Source of the DNA: Paracoccaceae bacterium
GTDB lineage: Bacteria; Pseudomonadota; Alphaproteobacteria; Rhodobacterales; Rhodobacteraceae
DNA length: 64,000 nucleotides
Reading direction: 5' to 3'
Assembly: GCA_019454225.1 (NCBI GenBank)
Contig: CP075370.1
Span: 2,721,649 to 2,785,648 of the forward strand
Part shown: one piece after another, positions 10,622-18,829 of the stretch
Position numbering within the stretch: position 1 is the first letter of the stretch
How the letters are laid out: each line of letters starts with the position of its first letter
Program-made: the position numbers and the translations under genes
The notes under the pieces: generated by a model
Databases searched by the model: none
What the model was told of the DNA's origin: nothing
Seen by the model: the letters and a program-made list of their open reading frames with translations, nothing else

Positions 10622-11133
10622 GAAGCGCCCTTCGGCTCCTTGCTGTTGTCTTGCTTATGGGCCTCGCCAGCCGGTCCGTTGGTCAAACAATCTTCGATGG
10701 CCCTTCGGTAGAAACCGCTGAGCTCCGGGTTGAACTGCGACCACAAGGCGAGGACCGATTTGATATCTATCTGACCGACAAAACAACGGGCCGACAGGCA
10801 CACTACGAGTTTGACGGCGAGGGTGCGAACGATCCGGAACCGTTTCTGATTGTCGAGGGCCGCTACTGCGATACGTCGGTCATCCTGCTGACGATCGAGT
10901 TTCCTTGGCGGCATTCATTGCCGCAATACTCCCGCGTCTTGGACACCTACGCTTTTCGCATGTCGGACTTGGCTTATGTCGACATGACGGCTGGGCCGGC
11001 TACCGACATCGCCTTGCTCGACAGTTCTGAAACTGAAGCGGAAGACATGTCAATGCAAACACCGATCCTTGTTGAATGCATCGGGGATCGCGGTGGGAGC
11101 CTGTTCAGATTTGTAATGAAAACAGATGATTAG
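10618..11133 (+). CDS. Orphan secreted protein, candidate periplasmic immunity protein
   Basis: ATGA overlap with the upstream stop and GAGGA 6 nt upstream. N-terminal signal-like MRSALRLLAVVLLMGLASRSVGQ. The rest is acidic and soluble, and I recognise no family. Confidence 0.6.
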   Translation: MRSALRLLAVVLLMGLASRSVGQTIFDGPSVETAELRVELRPQGEDRFDIYLTDKTTGRQAHYEFDGEGANDPEPFLIVEGRYCDTSVILLTIEFPWRHSLPQYSRVLDTYAFRMSDLAYVDMTAGPATDIALLDSSETEAEDMSMQTPILVECIGDRGGSLFRFVMKTDD

Positions 11134-11153
11134 GATGTTAATCAGGTGGAGAA

Positions 11154-11183
11154 GGTTCGACGGCATGCCCATCCCCTCCGCCA
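11154..11183 (+). repeat. Degenerate direct repeat of the tRNA-Ser 3' end (attR-like)
   Basis: GGTTCGA-cggcatg-CCCATCCCCTCCGCCA compared with tRNA 9207-9231 GGTTCGA-at-CCCACCCTCTCCGCCA (7/7 plus 14/16 identities). Confidence 0.5.
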
Positions 11184-11241
11184 TCGACCCGCATCGAACC
11201 ATGGTCGAACGCTCGATTCCCCGTTGGACTGGCCAGAACGA

Positions 11242-11826
11242 TCAGCGGAACTGGTTTGCCCGTTTGTTCTGCGCTGCAAGACTGGCTGTCTCACTGATCC
11301 GTTTCGCCCGCGTGTCCGGCCGCCTCGCCTGCTTGATCCATTCCAGGATGCCGCGCCGGACGGATCGCGGAAAGGCGGCGAAATGCGCCGCAGCCTCGGG
11401 ATACATCACCATTGCGGCGGCCAGATCGACGGGCACCTCCAGCCGTTCGACGTCGTCGAGAAAGGCCCACGATCCATCGGCCCGTGCCGTATCGACAGCC
11501 GCCAGTCCCGCCGGCGCCATCCGGCCGGCCGTCGTCAAGCGCGCGACGCGCGCCTTGTTCGCCGCCGACCACGCGCTGCGAGGCTTGCGCCGCGAAAGAA
11601 GCAGCATCGTGCGCCCTGCGTCCAGCTTTCGCGGCAGGCTGTCCACCCAGCCGAAGCACAGGGCCTCTTCGACGATCGCATCGTAGGGCAGATGGAGGTC
11701 CGGCCTCTGCTTCTTCCATGTGACCAGCCAGATGCTGCCGGAGGTTGCGTGATGCTCCGCGAGCCAGGCGCGCAACTGTGACCGGCTTGTCACCTCGACC
11801 CGCGGCAGATTGCTGCCAGCCGCCAT
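11242..11826 (-). CDS. YdeI/OmpD-associated family protein
   Basis: WLVTWKK....L.YDAIVEEALCFGWVDS and the C-terminal FAAFPRSVRRGILEWI are typical of the YdeI family. TGATG coupling to the upstream gene (ATG 11826; GTG 11829 is also possible). Confidence 0.7.
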   Translation of the reverse strand: MAAGSNLPRVEVTSRSQLRAWLAEHHATSGSIWLVTWKKQRPDLHLPYDAIVEEALCFGWVDSLPRKLDAGRTMLLLSRRKPRSAWSAANKARVARLTTAGRMAPAGLAAVDTARADGSWAFLDDVERLEVPVDLAAAMVMYPEAAAHFAAFPRSVRRGILEWIKQARRPDTRAKRISETASLAAQNKRANQFR

Positions 11827-13019
11827 CACCTCTGCCCCCGGAACCAGTCGCGCATGTCATCCGCAACGATAGCAGCCTCCTCCCATTCAAGGAAATGCCC
11901 GCCCCGGTCGATATCGGTCCAGCGCTGCACGTTGTAGCTTCGCTCCGCCCAGGCGCGGGGGGTGGCGAACATGTCGTGCGGCGTCATCAGCATGGCCGTC
12001 GGCACCGCGACCCGGCCCCATTGGCCCGGGGCGCGCAGGGTCTCGTAGTAGAGCCGCATGGACGATCCGATGGTCCCCGTCGCCCAGTAGAGGGTGAGGT
12101 TCGCCAAGAGCCGGTCGCGGCCATAGCGGGCGACGAAATCGTCGGCGTCGGTCCAGGCGTGGAACTTTTCCAGCACCCAGGCGGCAAGACCCGCGGGGCT
12201 GTCGTTCAGTGCGACGGCAAGGGTGTCGGGCTTCGACGCATGCAGCATCGCGTAGGCCATCTCGGATTGCATCCAGGCTTGCGCGCGGGCGACGAATTCG
12301 GCCTCTTCGGGTGACAGGTCGTCGGGGACATGACCGATGTAGGGATTGGTCCCCGACAGGTGCAGGCCCATCAGCCGGTCAGGCGATTGCAGCGCGATCT
12401 GCTGCAGCACTCCGGCACCCAGGTCACTGCCCCGCCCGGCGAAACGGTCGTATCCCAGGACCCCGGTCATCAGCCGGGTCATCAGGCCGGCGATGCGCGC
12501 CACGCCCATGCCGCGCGTTCTGGGTTGAGCGGAAAAGCCGAAGCCCGGCAGCGAGGGCACGATCACGTCGAAACTCAGGCCCGCGCGTTCGGCGGTCAGG
12601 AGCGGGATCAGGTCGGTCATCTGAAGGAAGGACGACGGCCAGCCGTGCAGGACCAGAAGCGGGACACGGCGGCCCCCTTGCCCCGTGGCATGGATGAAGT
12701 GGATCGCCTCACCGTCGACCTCGGCCACGAACTGCGGCAGCGCGTTCAGGTCTCGCTCGACCGCACGCCAGTCGAACCCCTCGGCCCAGTGCTCGACCAA
12801 TGGACGGAGCCTGTCGGTGTCGATCCCATAGTCCCAGGCCGCGCCTTCGATGCGGTCGGGCCAGCGGGTCAAGCGCAGGCGGGTTTCAAGGTCTTCGAGA
12901 ACGGCATCGGGTACGGCGATGGTGAAGGGGCGTGCGGCCATGGCGGACACCTTTGACTGGGTTGGAAGGGGGAAAAGCGCGGCGACGGCGGTTGCCGTGA
13001 AGAAGTCCCGGCGGGTCAT
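11826..13019 (-). CDS. Epoxide hydrolase family alpha/beta hydrolase with a Tat-type signal
   Basis: EH N-terminal domain (FTIAVPDAVLEDLETRL..TRWPD), HGWP oxyanion motif and GSDLGA nucleophile elbow. Start ATG 13019 gives MTRRDFFTATAVAAL...VSA. Confidence 0.8.
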   Translation of the reverse strand: MTRRDFFTATAVAALFPLPTQSKVSAMAARPFTIAVPDAVLEDLETRLRLTRWPDRIEGAAWDYGIDTDRLRPLVEHWAEGFDWRAVERDLNALPQFVAEVDGEAIHFIHATGQGGRRVPLLVLHGWPSSFLQMTDLIPLLTAERAGLSFDVIVPSLPGFGFSAQPRTRGMGVARIAGLMTRLMTGVLGYDRFAGRGSDLGAGVLQQIALQSPDRLMGLHLSGTNPYIGHVPDDLSPEEAEFVARAQAWMQSEMAYAMLHASKPDTLAVALNDSPAGLAAWVLEKFHAWTDADDFVARYGRDRLLANLTLYWATGTIGSSMRLYYETLRAPGQWGRVAVPTAMLMTPHDMFATPRAWAERSYNVQRWTDIDRGGHFLEWEEAAIVADDMRDWFRGQR

Positions 13020-13106
13020 CGGCGGTTCCTTTCGGTTTCGATGCCCCGCAGTTTCTTCGATGCCGGAAGGTTGAAAAATCTGCGCTGAAGCCTCAGACTG
13101 TTGTCC

Positions 13107-14000
13107 ATGGAGGCAACACTGAACACCGATCACCTGCGCCTGTTCCTGACCGTGCTGGCGGCGGGCAGCTTCACGCGTGCGGCCAACCTCGCGGGCAGCG
13201 ACAAGGCGCATGTCAGCCGGATCATCGCCCGGCTTGAGGATCAGCTCGGCACGCGGCTGCTGAACCGATCGACCCGGTCGCTTTCGCCCACCGATGCAGG
13301 GCGGGAACTTGCGGTCCGTGCACGCGCGATCCTCGACGCACTTGCCGAGACCGAGGATGCGCTCAAGGGTCGTGCCGATCATCCGCGCGGTCGCCTGCGC
13401 ATAACCTGCGGCTACGAGTTCGGGCTGCTGGCGGTGAATGGCTGGGTGCGCGTGTTCCTGGACCGCTGGCCCGAGGTTTCGGTGGAAGTCGATTTCACCA
13501 ATCGCGTGGCGGATATCGTGTACGAAGGCTTCGACCTCGCCATCCGCGTCGGGCGCATGGCTGACAGCGACCTGATCGCGCACAAGCTGTGCGAAGTGAG
13601 CTATGGCTTCTACGCCGCTCCCTCATTCGTGACCGCGCATGGTGCGCCCAGGCATCCGGCCGAACTTGTCGCAGATGGCTTCATCGGCTTCACGGGTTCG
13701 CCCGCCGAGGTCGTGCGCGGCACCGAGACCTGCGCGCTGCCCGCGCGGCCCCGCTACCTCGCAAATACGAACATGGCCGTCCGCGACATGGCCGTCGCGG
13801 GCCTTGGCATTGCGCTGCTGCCCCGGTTCCAGGCAACGCCCTTCGTCACCACAGGAAGCCTGACACCGGTCCTGTCCGGCTGGACGCGCCAGCCCGTCGA
13901 GGTCCATGCCGTCATGGCCACAAGGCGCCGGATGTCCGCCCTGGTCCGCGCGTTCCTGGATGTGGCGAGGACAGCAAAGCTCGACGGAGCGGAGGCGTAA
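13107..14000 (+). CDS. LysR family transcriptional regulator
   Basis: The HTH LRLFLTVLAAGSFTRAANLAGSDKAHVSRIIARLEDQLGTRLLNRSTR is followed by a LysR substrate domain. The gene is divergent from the epoxide hydrolase. ATG 13107 (the track start at 13101 is TTG). Confidence 0.9.
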   Translation: MEATLNTDHLRLFLTVLAAGSFTRAANLAGSDKAHVSRIIARLEDQLGTRLLNRSTRSLSPTDAGRELAVRARAILDALAETEDALKGRADHPRGRLRITCGYEFGLLAVNGWVRVFLDRWPEVSVEVDFTNRVADIVYEGFDLAIRVGRMADSDLIAHKLCEVSYGFYAAPSFVTAHGAPRHPAELVADGFIGFTGSPAEVVRGTETCALPARPRYLANTNMAVRDMAVAGLGIALLPRFQATPFVTTGSLTPVLSGWTRQPVEVHAVMATRRRMSALVRAFLDVARTAKLDGAEA

Positions 14001-14244
14001 CCGCTCTCGTAGCCGCGAAATTGCGATGTCGGCCACGGCGGCGAGGCATTTCTTCGACACATCGCCGATCGCGTTGAAAAGAAGCGCGCCGGTTCCGGGG
14101 GTACGGCGGGGGATGCGCCCGGTCGGGATCCTTTGGGCTTGCGTGGCCCAGGATCCATTGCACTGCTGCGGCGATGCGCGATCGGCGAGCGTGCCCTTGG
14201 CTTGCGTCCTTGCACTGCCTAGGTGAACTGCACCGGAGGGCGCC

Positions 14245-15252
14245 ATGCATAAATTCTCGCTTCTTGATCTTTCCCCGATCCCGGAAGGGAAGACCGCCGC
14301 AGACGCGCTCGCCTGCACGATCGACCTGGCCCGCGCCGCGGAGGGGTTCGGCTATCACCGCTACTGGCTGGCCGAACACCACAACATGCCAGGCATCGCC
14401 AGCGCCGCAACCGCCGTTGTCATCGGGCAGGTTGCCGCCGCCACAACGTCGATGCGCATCGGCGCCGGGGGCATCATGCTGCCAAACCATTCCCCGCTCG
14501 TGATCGCGGAACAATTCGGGACACTCGCGACGCTGTTTCCCGGCCGGATAGACCTGGGGCTGGGCCGCGCACCCGGCACCGACATGGCCACCGCCCGGGC
14601 GCTGCGCCGCCACATGGCGCCGGACGACAGCTTTCCCCACGACGTCCAGGAACTGATCGGCTATTTCGGGGAGCCGACGGAGGGAAGGCATGTGCGGGCC
14701 ATTCCCGGAGAGGGGACGCAGGTCCCGGTCTGGATCCTCGGGTCGAGCCTCTATGGCGCCCAACTGGCCGCGCATCTGGGCCTGCCCTTCGCCTTTGCCT
14801 CGCACTTCGCTCCGGCGATGCTGGGCGAGGCGCTTGCCGTGTATCGCGGCACCTTCCGGCCTTCTGAGCGACTGCAGGAACCCTATGTGATGATCGCGGC
14901 GGGTGTCTGCGCTGCCGAGACCGACGCCGAGGCCGCGTTCCTGCGATCCTCGCAGGTTCTGGCGTTCGCGCGCCTCAGGACGGGGAAGCCGGGCAAGCTT
15001 CCCCTGCCCGTCCATGACATCGAGCAGGAGATTCCGGCGGCGGTCCTGGCGCAGGTCGGGCAGGCACTGTCCTGTTCGGCGACCGGCTCGCGCACGACGG
15101 TCCGGGACCGGCTGCAGGCGATCCTCTCGCTTCACGCCCCGGATGAACTGATGGTGACGGGGATGATACACGACCACAGTGCACGGGTCCGGTCCTTCGG
15201 GATCGCCGCAGAGGTCCTTGCCGAGTTGCGCGGCGGGATGGCGGCGGCCTAG
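14245..15252 (+). CDS. LLM-class flavin-dependent oxidoreductase (luciferase-like, YhbW group)
   Basis: [12 protein letters not shown]...[20 protein letters not shown] is the characteristic N-terminus. GGAGGG RBS. Confidence 0.85.
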   Translation: MHKFSLLDLSPIPEGKTAADALACTIDLARAAEGFGYHRYWLAEHHNMPGIASAATAVVIGQVAAATTSMRIGAGGIMLPNHSPLVIAEQFGTLATLFPGRIDLGLGRAPGTDMATARALRRHMAPDDSFPHDVQELIGYFGEPTEGRHVRAIPGEGTQVPVWILGSSLYGAQLAAHLGLPFAFASHFAPAMLGEALAVYRGTFRPSERLQEPYVMIAAGVCAAETDAEAAFLRSSQVLAFARLRTGKPGKLPLPVHDIEQEIPAAVLAQVGQALSCSATGSRTTVRDRLQAILSLHAPDELMVTGMIHDHSARVRSFGIAAEVLAELRGGMAAA

Positions 15253-15364
15253 CGAACGGGCCACCGCCATTGGCAGGTTCCGCGGGTCCAGCGGCACCGA
15301 GGCCCCCCGCGGCGAGGGTGTCGGAGCGGCACACCCTGCCCTCGCCGGTCGGACTGTTCGCGAG

Positions 15365-16876
15365 TCACTCGGCCACGCCCAGGACAATCGTGGTGCCCAG
15401 CCGTTCCAGCGTGAAGTCGTCGATCAGGATGCGCACCACGACATCCCATTCGCCCGCGGCCGGCAGGATGGCATCGGCCTGCCACAGCCCATCGCCGACC
15501 GAGCGCCCGGAGACCTCGACCGGGCCGAGTCCGGTGCCGGGATGGGTGAAGACAAGATCCACCGCCTTGGGATGAACCGGATGGAAATCAGGATCATGCG
15601 GCGCGATCTGGATGCGGTTGACACCCGGCTGACCGGGCAGGATCTGCAGGTCCCCCCCTGAAAGCCGTCCGTGGACATGGGCAACCACCACAGGTTCGGC
15701 CATGGCGCGGGGCGGCGGGGTCAGGCGGAACGCGCCGGTCAGCGCCAGCAGCATCGCCATCAGGGCGATCTCGGTCCTCAGCGACCAGCAGAACGCCCCC
15801 GCCTGACCCTGCGACGCGGAAGGGGCAAGGCGCCAGCGGTTCAGGGCGGCCAACCCGAGGATCATTGCGGCAAGGCCCAGCTTTGCCGAAAGCACCTGGC
15901 CATAGGCCGTGGCCAGCAGCACGCCCGCCCCGCGGAGCCCGGGTTCCAGCTGCACCCAAGACAACGCGGCACCCGACGCAACCAGTATCACAACCAGGGG
16001 CGGGGCGACGCGGCCAAAGGGTGCAAGTGCGGCCATCCGCCCGCCCGGCGTGACCAACAGGCAGAGCGTGCCGGACCAGAACAGCGCCATCGCCGCATGC
16101 AACGCCACAACAGCGGCCGACCACGGCGCAGCCGTGCCGGCATGGCCCGCCACCGCGAAGGACAGGCCGGCGGAACACAGCGCCGCAACCGCCATGCCGC
16201 GCGACCCCGCCATCGCCATCGCAAGGGCCCCGCCCGCCAGGACCGCCGCCGTCAGGAACGGCGAGTGGATGAGCAAACGCCACGCCCCGGGCGTGCCCAG
16301 CGTCGCAATGCCCCCGGCCAGATCGGCCGCCTGCCCGGCCAGCAACACCAGTGCAGCGGGGCCCACGCCCCAGGCACCCACGCGGACCGCCCTCGGCACA
16401 GACGAACGGAACAGTGCCGCCGCCGCCAGCCCACCGACACCGAAGGCCAGTGACAGCGTCAGCGCCGCCCGCGCGGCCGCAGCAAGCTGCGCGGCCGCCT
16501 GAGCGGCGGCTGCCTCGATCACGGCGGTTTCCGCTCCGATCGAGAAGACATGTGTGCCGGCCAGCGGATGCCCGTCGGCCGAGACAACACGCCAGCTCAG
16601 CACATGCGTGCCCCGCGCTGCATCCCCGGGCACGGTCACGATCAGACGGTTTCCGACTGCGCGCGCGGCGGTTTCGGCGGTCGTCCCGTCGGGCATCGTC
16701 CAAAGCGCCGCCAGCGGTCCGACCGGTTCGTTGAACGTCAGCACCACCTCTGGGGGGGCGATGTCGAGAATTGCGCGCGACGGTGGCTCGGCGCCGCGCA
16801 ACTGGGCATGGGCAAGCGCCGCGCATGGCGCGAGGATGAGCGCCACCACAGCCAGGAAAATGCGAGCAAACAACAT
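15365..16876 (-). CDS. Copper transport/resistance protein, CopC-CopD fusion with extra C-terminal beta-domain (YcnJ-like)
   Basis: Signal peptide ending ALA, then HAQLRGAEP (CopC), about 8 hydrophobic CopD segments, and a roughly 110-aa C-terminal soluble domain. Confidence 0.8.
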   Translation of the reverse strand: MLFARIFLAVVALILAPCAALAHAQLRGAEPPSRAILDIAPPEVVLTFNEPVGPLAALWTMPDGTTAETAARAVGNRLIVTVPGDAARGTHVLSWRVVSADGHPLAGTHVFSIGAETAVIEAAAAQAAAQLAAAARAALTLSLAFGVGGLAAAALFRSSVPRAVRVGAWGVGPAALVLLAGQAADLAGGIATLGTPGAWRLLIHSPFLTAAVLAGGALAMAMAGSRGMAVAALCSAGLSFAVAGHAGTAAPWSAAVVALHAAMALFWSGTLCLLVTPGGRMAALAPFGRVAPPLVVILVASGAALSWVQLEPGLRGAGVLLATAYGQVLSAKLGLAAMILGLAALNRWRLAPSASQGQAGAFCWSLRTEIALMAMLLALTGAFRLTPPPRAMAEPVVVAHVHGRLSGGDLQILPGQPGVNRIQIAPHDPDFHPVHPKAVDLVFTHPGTGLGPVEVSGRSVGDGLWQADAILPAAGEWDVVVRILIDDFTLERLGTTIVLGVAE

Positions 16877-16934
16877 CGGCGTTCAGCCTTTGCGGGGGCC
16901 CCCGGCCCCATGCCGGGGCCGCGGGCGGGACGCC

Positions 16935-17450
16935 TCAGTTGCTGGCGGGGACGATCCGGATGCCCGGTGCAGGGCTCGGCAGGTCATGGCCATCCTGACC
17001 AGCCGCCGGTATCTCGATCCAGCGTTCGGCCTTGGTCGCGCATTCCTGCACGATCGGGATATACAGCGTCTCGCCCGCCGGGAGGGCATCGGTGAACCGG
17101 CCGCGGAAGATGAACTCGTCGTAGTGTTCGTCGGACAGTTCGCCCTCCCAGACGATTTCCTTGACGCCTTCGGCGACTTCGCTGCCGTAAAGCGTGTAGG
17201 ATCGCGCGTAGGCGCCGCTGACCGTGCTCAACGTCCAGCCTGCCTTGGGCATCGGCTTTACCGAGATCACACCCTCGGGGACCTGGATGCGCACGCGCAA
17301 CGTGGCCTCGCCCTCGCAGCCATGCGGGATGCGGGCGACGATCCGCTGGGTCGAGTTCTGTGCCGCCTCGGCATTCTCGAAGGTGGCGTGGGCCAGGGCG
17401 GCCGGTGCACCCAGCACCAGGGCGGCCATCGTGCAGATGACTGTTTTCAT
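16935..17450 (-). CDS. YcnI family (DUF1775) copper-binding protein
   Basis: MKTVICTMAALVLGAPAALA then HATFEN...IPHGCEG. Start set to ATG 17450. Confidence 0.8.
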   Translation of the reverse strand: MKTVICTMAALVLGAPAALAHATFENAEAAQNSTQRIVARIPHGCEGEATLRVRIQVPEGVISVKPMPKAGWTLSTVSGAYARSYTLYGSEVAEGVKEIVWEGELSDEHYDEFIFRGRFTDALPAGETLYIPIVQECATKAERWIEIPAAGQDGHDLPSPAPGIRIVPASN

Positions 17451-17590
17451 GTTCGTTTTCCTGTGATGTCGTTGTCTTGCTTCCCCTGCGGACGCCAGCG
17501 CCAGATCGGCCGCACCGAACGCAGCCGGCCACAGGCGCCCTTGGGGGGTGCTGTCAGGGGCAGACTGCGGCGCAGTTGCCCCGGTTGCCG

Positions 17591-17971
17591 TCAGATCTGC
17601 AGCACGGGAGGGCCGCGCGCTGGGGGCAGCCCGATGATCGCGCCCGCGGCGCACAGGCTCGCAACGGGCGCCTGAACGGTCCGCGCGCTGCGGATCAGCG
17701 CCGGCAGACCCGGCGCCGCAGGCGGCGCGGCGAACGACTTGGAAAGCGTGCAGGCCGGACAATCACCCGTCGCATGGCCGGGCGTGCCCGAATGGTCCGC
17801 ATGGCACAGATCGTCGACGGATCCACCGGCGGCGAGGAACGCCAGAAGTTGCGGATCCGGTGCAACCGCCGTCGCGGAGAGAGGGCGGTGCGCCATAGAC
17901 ACGGCGACAACCGCCACCGTGCAGATCACGGCCAGCAGGCGGGAAAGGAACTGCGCCAGTCTACGATCCAT
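17591..17971 (-). CDS. Small membrane/secreted Cys/His-rich protein, DUF2946-like
   Basis: One hydrophobic segment (LLAVICTVAVVAV) and the motif CHADHSGTPGHATGDCPAC. It lies upstream of ycnI-like on the same strand. Start ATG 17971; the family name is tentative. Confidence 0.45.
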   Translation of the reverse strand: MDRRLAQFLSRLLAVICTVAVVAVSMAHRPLSATAVAPDPQLLAFLAAGGSVDDLCHADHSGTPGHATGDCPACTLSKSFAAPPAAPGLPALIRSARTVQAPVASLCAAGAIIGLPPARGPPVLQI

Positions 17972-18085
17972 GCCGTTATCTATGGCAGAACAGCCAAGGC
18001 CCGCAATGCGGATCAGTCCGCGCCGCACATGCGGGGCGCGATCCAGGCGCGCGGCAGATCGCCGCCCACATGCGCCCTGGCAGGG

Positions 18086-18805
18086 TCAGCATCCCGCCGA
18101 CAGCCCCCCTGCGTCCGCCCGGGCCTCTTCCGGGTCCGGGAAGGTCCAGTCGTCCTGACCGGCGGGCGCGGGCTGCAGGGCGCTGATCCGGCGATAGACC
18201 GCGCGTGCCGACAGAAGATGCGCGCGCATCGTGGCCTCGGCCCAATCCGTGTCCCGCGCGGCAAAGGCATCCACGAGGTCACCGTGCTGCGCATTGCTGC
18301 GCGCCAGTTCGTGCAGCGTCCAGTTGCTGAAGGTCGGGCTGACGACGGGCTTGCGTGCCACCAGGTTGACCAGTTCGGCGAACAGGGCGTTTCCGCCCTG
18401 CGCCCAGATGACGCGATGGAACCTCGCGTTCAGTTCGCGATAGAGCCGCCGGTCGGGCCCGGCGTCATGCAGCGCCGATTCCATGTCGGCGTGCAGCGCG
18501 CGCAGGTTGTCGACGAACGGTTTCTCGGCCCGCGCCATCGCCATGCCGACCGCCACGGGTTCAAGGGCAGACCGGGCGGTGAAGATGTGGATCACCTCAG
18601 CGGGATCGAGATCGACAAGCACGGCGCGGCGATAGGCCTCGCGCCGGATCACGCCCTCGGCCTGAAGTCGGCGCAGCGCTTCGCGGATCGGGGTGCGGCT
18701 GACACCCAGGCGGGCACCAAGTTCACCCTCGGGCAGCACGTCACCCCCGATATAGACCCCTGCGGCGATCAGGGCCCGAATCTTGTCGTAGATATCGTCG
18801 GCCAT
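18086..18805 (-). CDS. GntR family transcriptional regulator (FCD/FadR-type C-domain)
   Basis: The wHTH LPEGELGARLGVSRTPIREALRRLQAEGVI is followed by an all-helical C-terminal domain. It is the last gene of the ABC operon (24-nt gap). Confidence 0.88.
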   Translation of the reverse strand: MADDIYDKIRALIAAGVYIGGDVLPEGELGARLGVSRTPIREALRRLQAEGVIRREAYRRAVLVDLDPAEVIHIFTARSALEPVAVGMAMARAEKPFVDNLRALHADMESALHDAGPDRRLYRELNARFHRVIWAQGGNALFAELVNLVARKPVVSPTFSNWTLHELARSNAQHGDLVDAFAARDTDWAEATMRAHLLSARAVYRRISALQPAPAGQDDWTFPDPEEARADAGGLSAGC

Positions 18806-18829
18806 GTCCGGTCCACTTCCTGCCCCGCC

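Larger units (their letters stand above)
9232..11183. mobile_element. Decayed tRNA-Ser-linked genomic islet (no integrase) carrying a two-gene toxin/immunity-like module
   Basis: Lower G+C than the flanks (hand counts of about 53-62% versus 68-75%). It is bounded by the tRNA 3' end and a degenerate direct repeat of it at 11154-11183. Confidence 0.55.

Noticed and set aside
11126-11781. Plus-strand ORFs (186 and 211 aa) starting at the islet border
   Set aside because: They run antisense through the well-supported YdeI-family gene, and the start region coincides with the att-like repeat, so they are not credible genes.
13085-13096. CTGA-agcc-TCAG inverted repeat as a possible LysR box in the divergent promoter
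   Set aside because: It has only 4-bp arms and does not fit the T-N11-A spacing convincingly.
14126-14156. Hairpin GGATCCT..TGGGC-ttgcgtg-GCCCAGGATCC, plus duplicated GGCTTGCGT / TTGCACTGC words in the LysR-LLM spacer
   Set aside because: The stem is imperfect with a bulge and has no U tract. The repeats are short, and I cannot assign a function or exclude chance.
14198-14214. Sigma54-like element TGGCTTGCGTCCTTGCA upstream of the LLM oxidoreductase gene
   Set aside because: The GG-to-GC spacing is one nucleotide longer than the -24/-12 consensus, and no enhancer-binding protein gene is nearby, so it is probably fortuitous.
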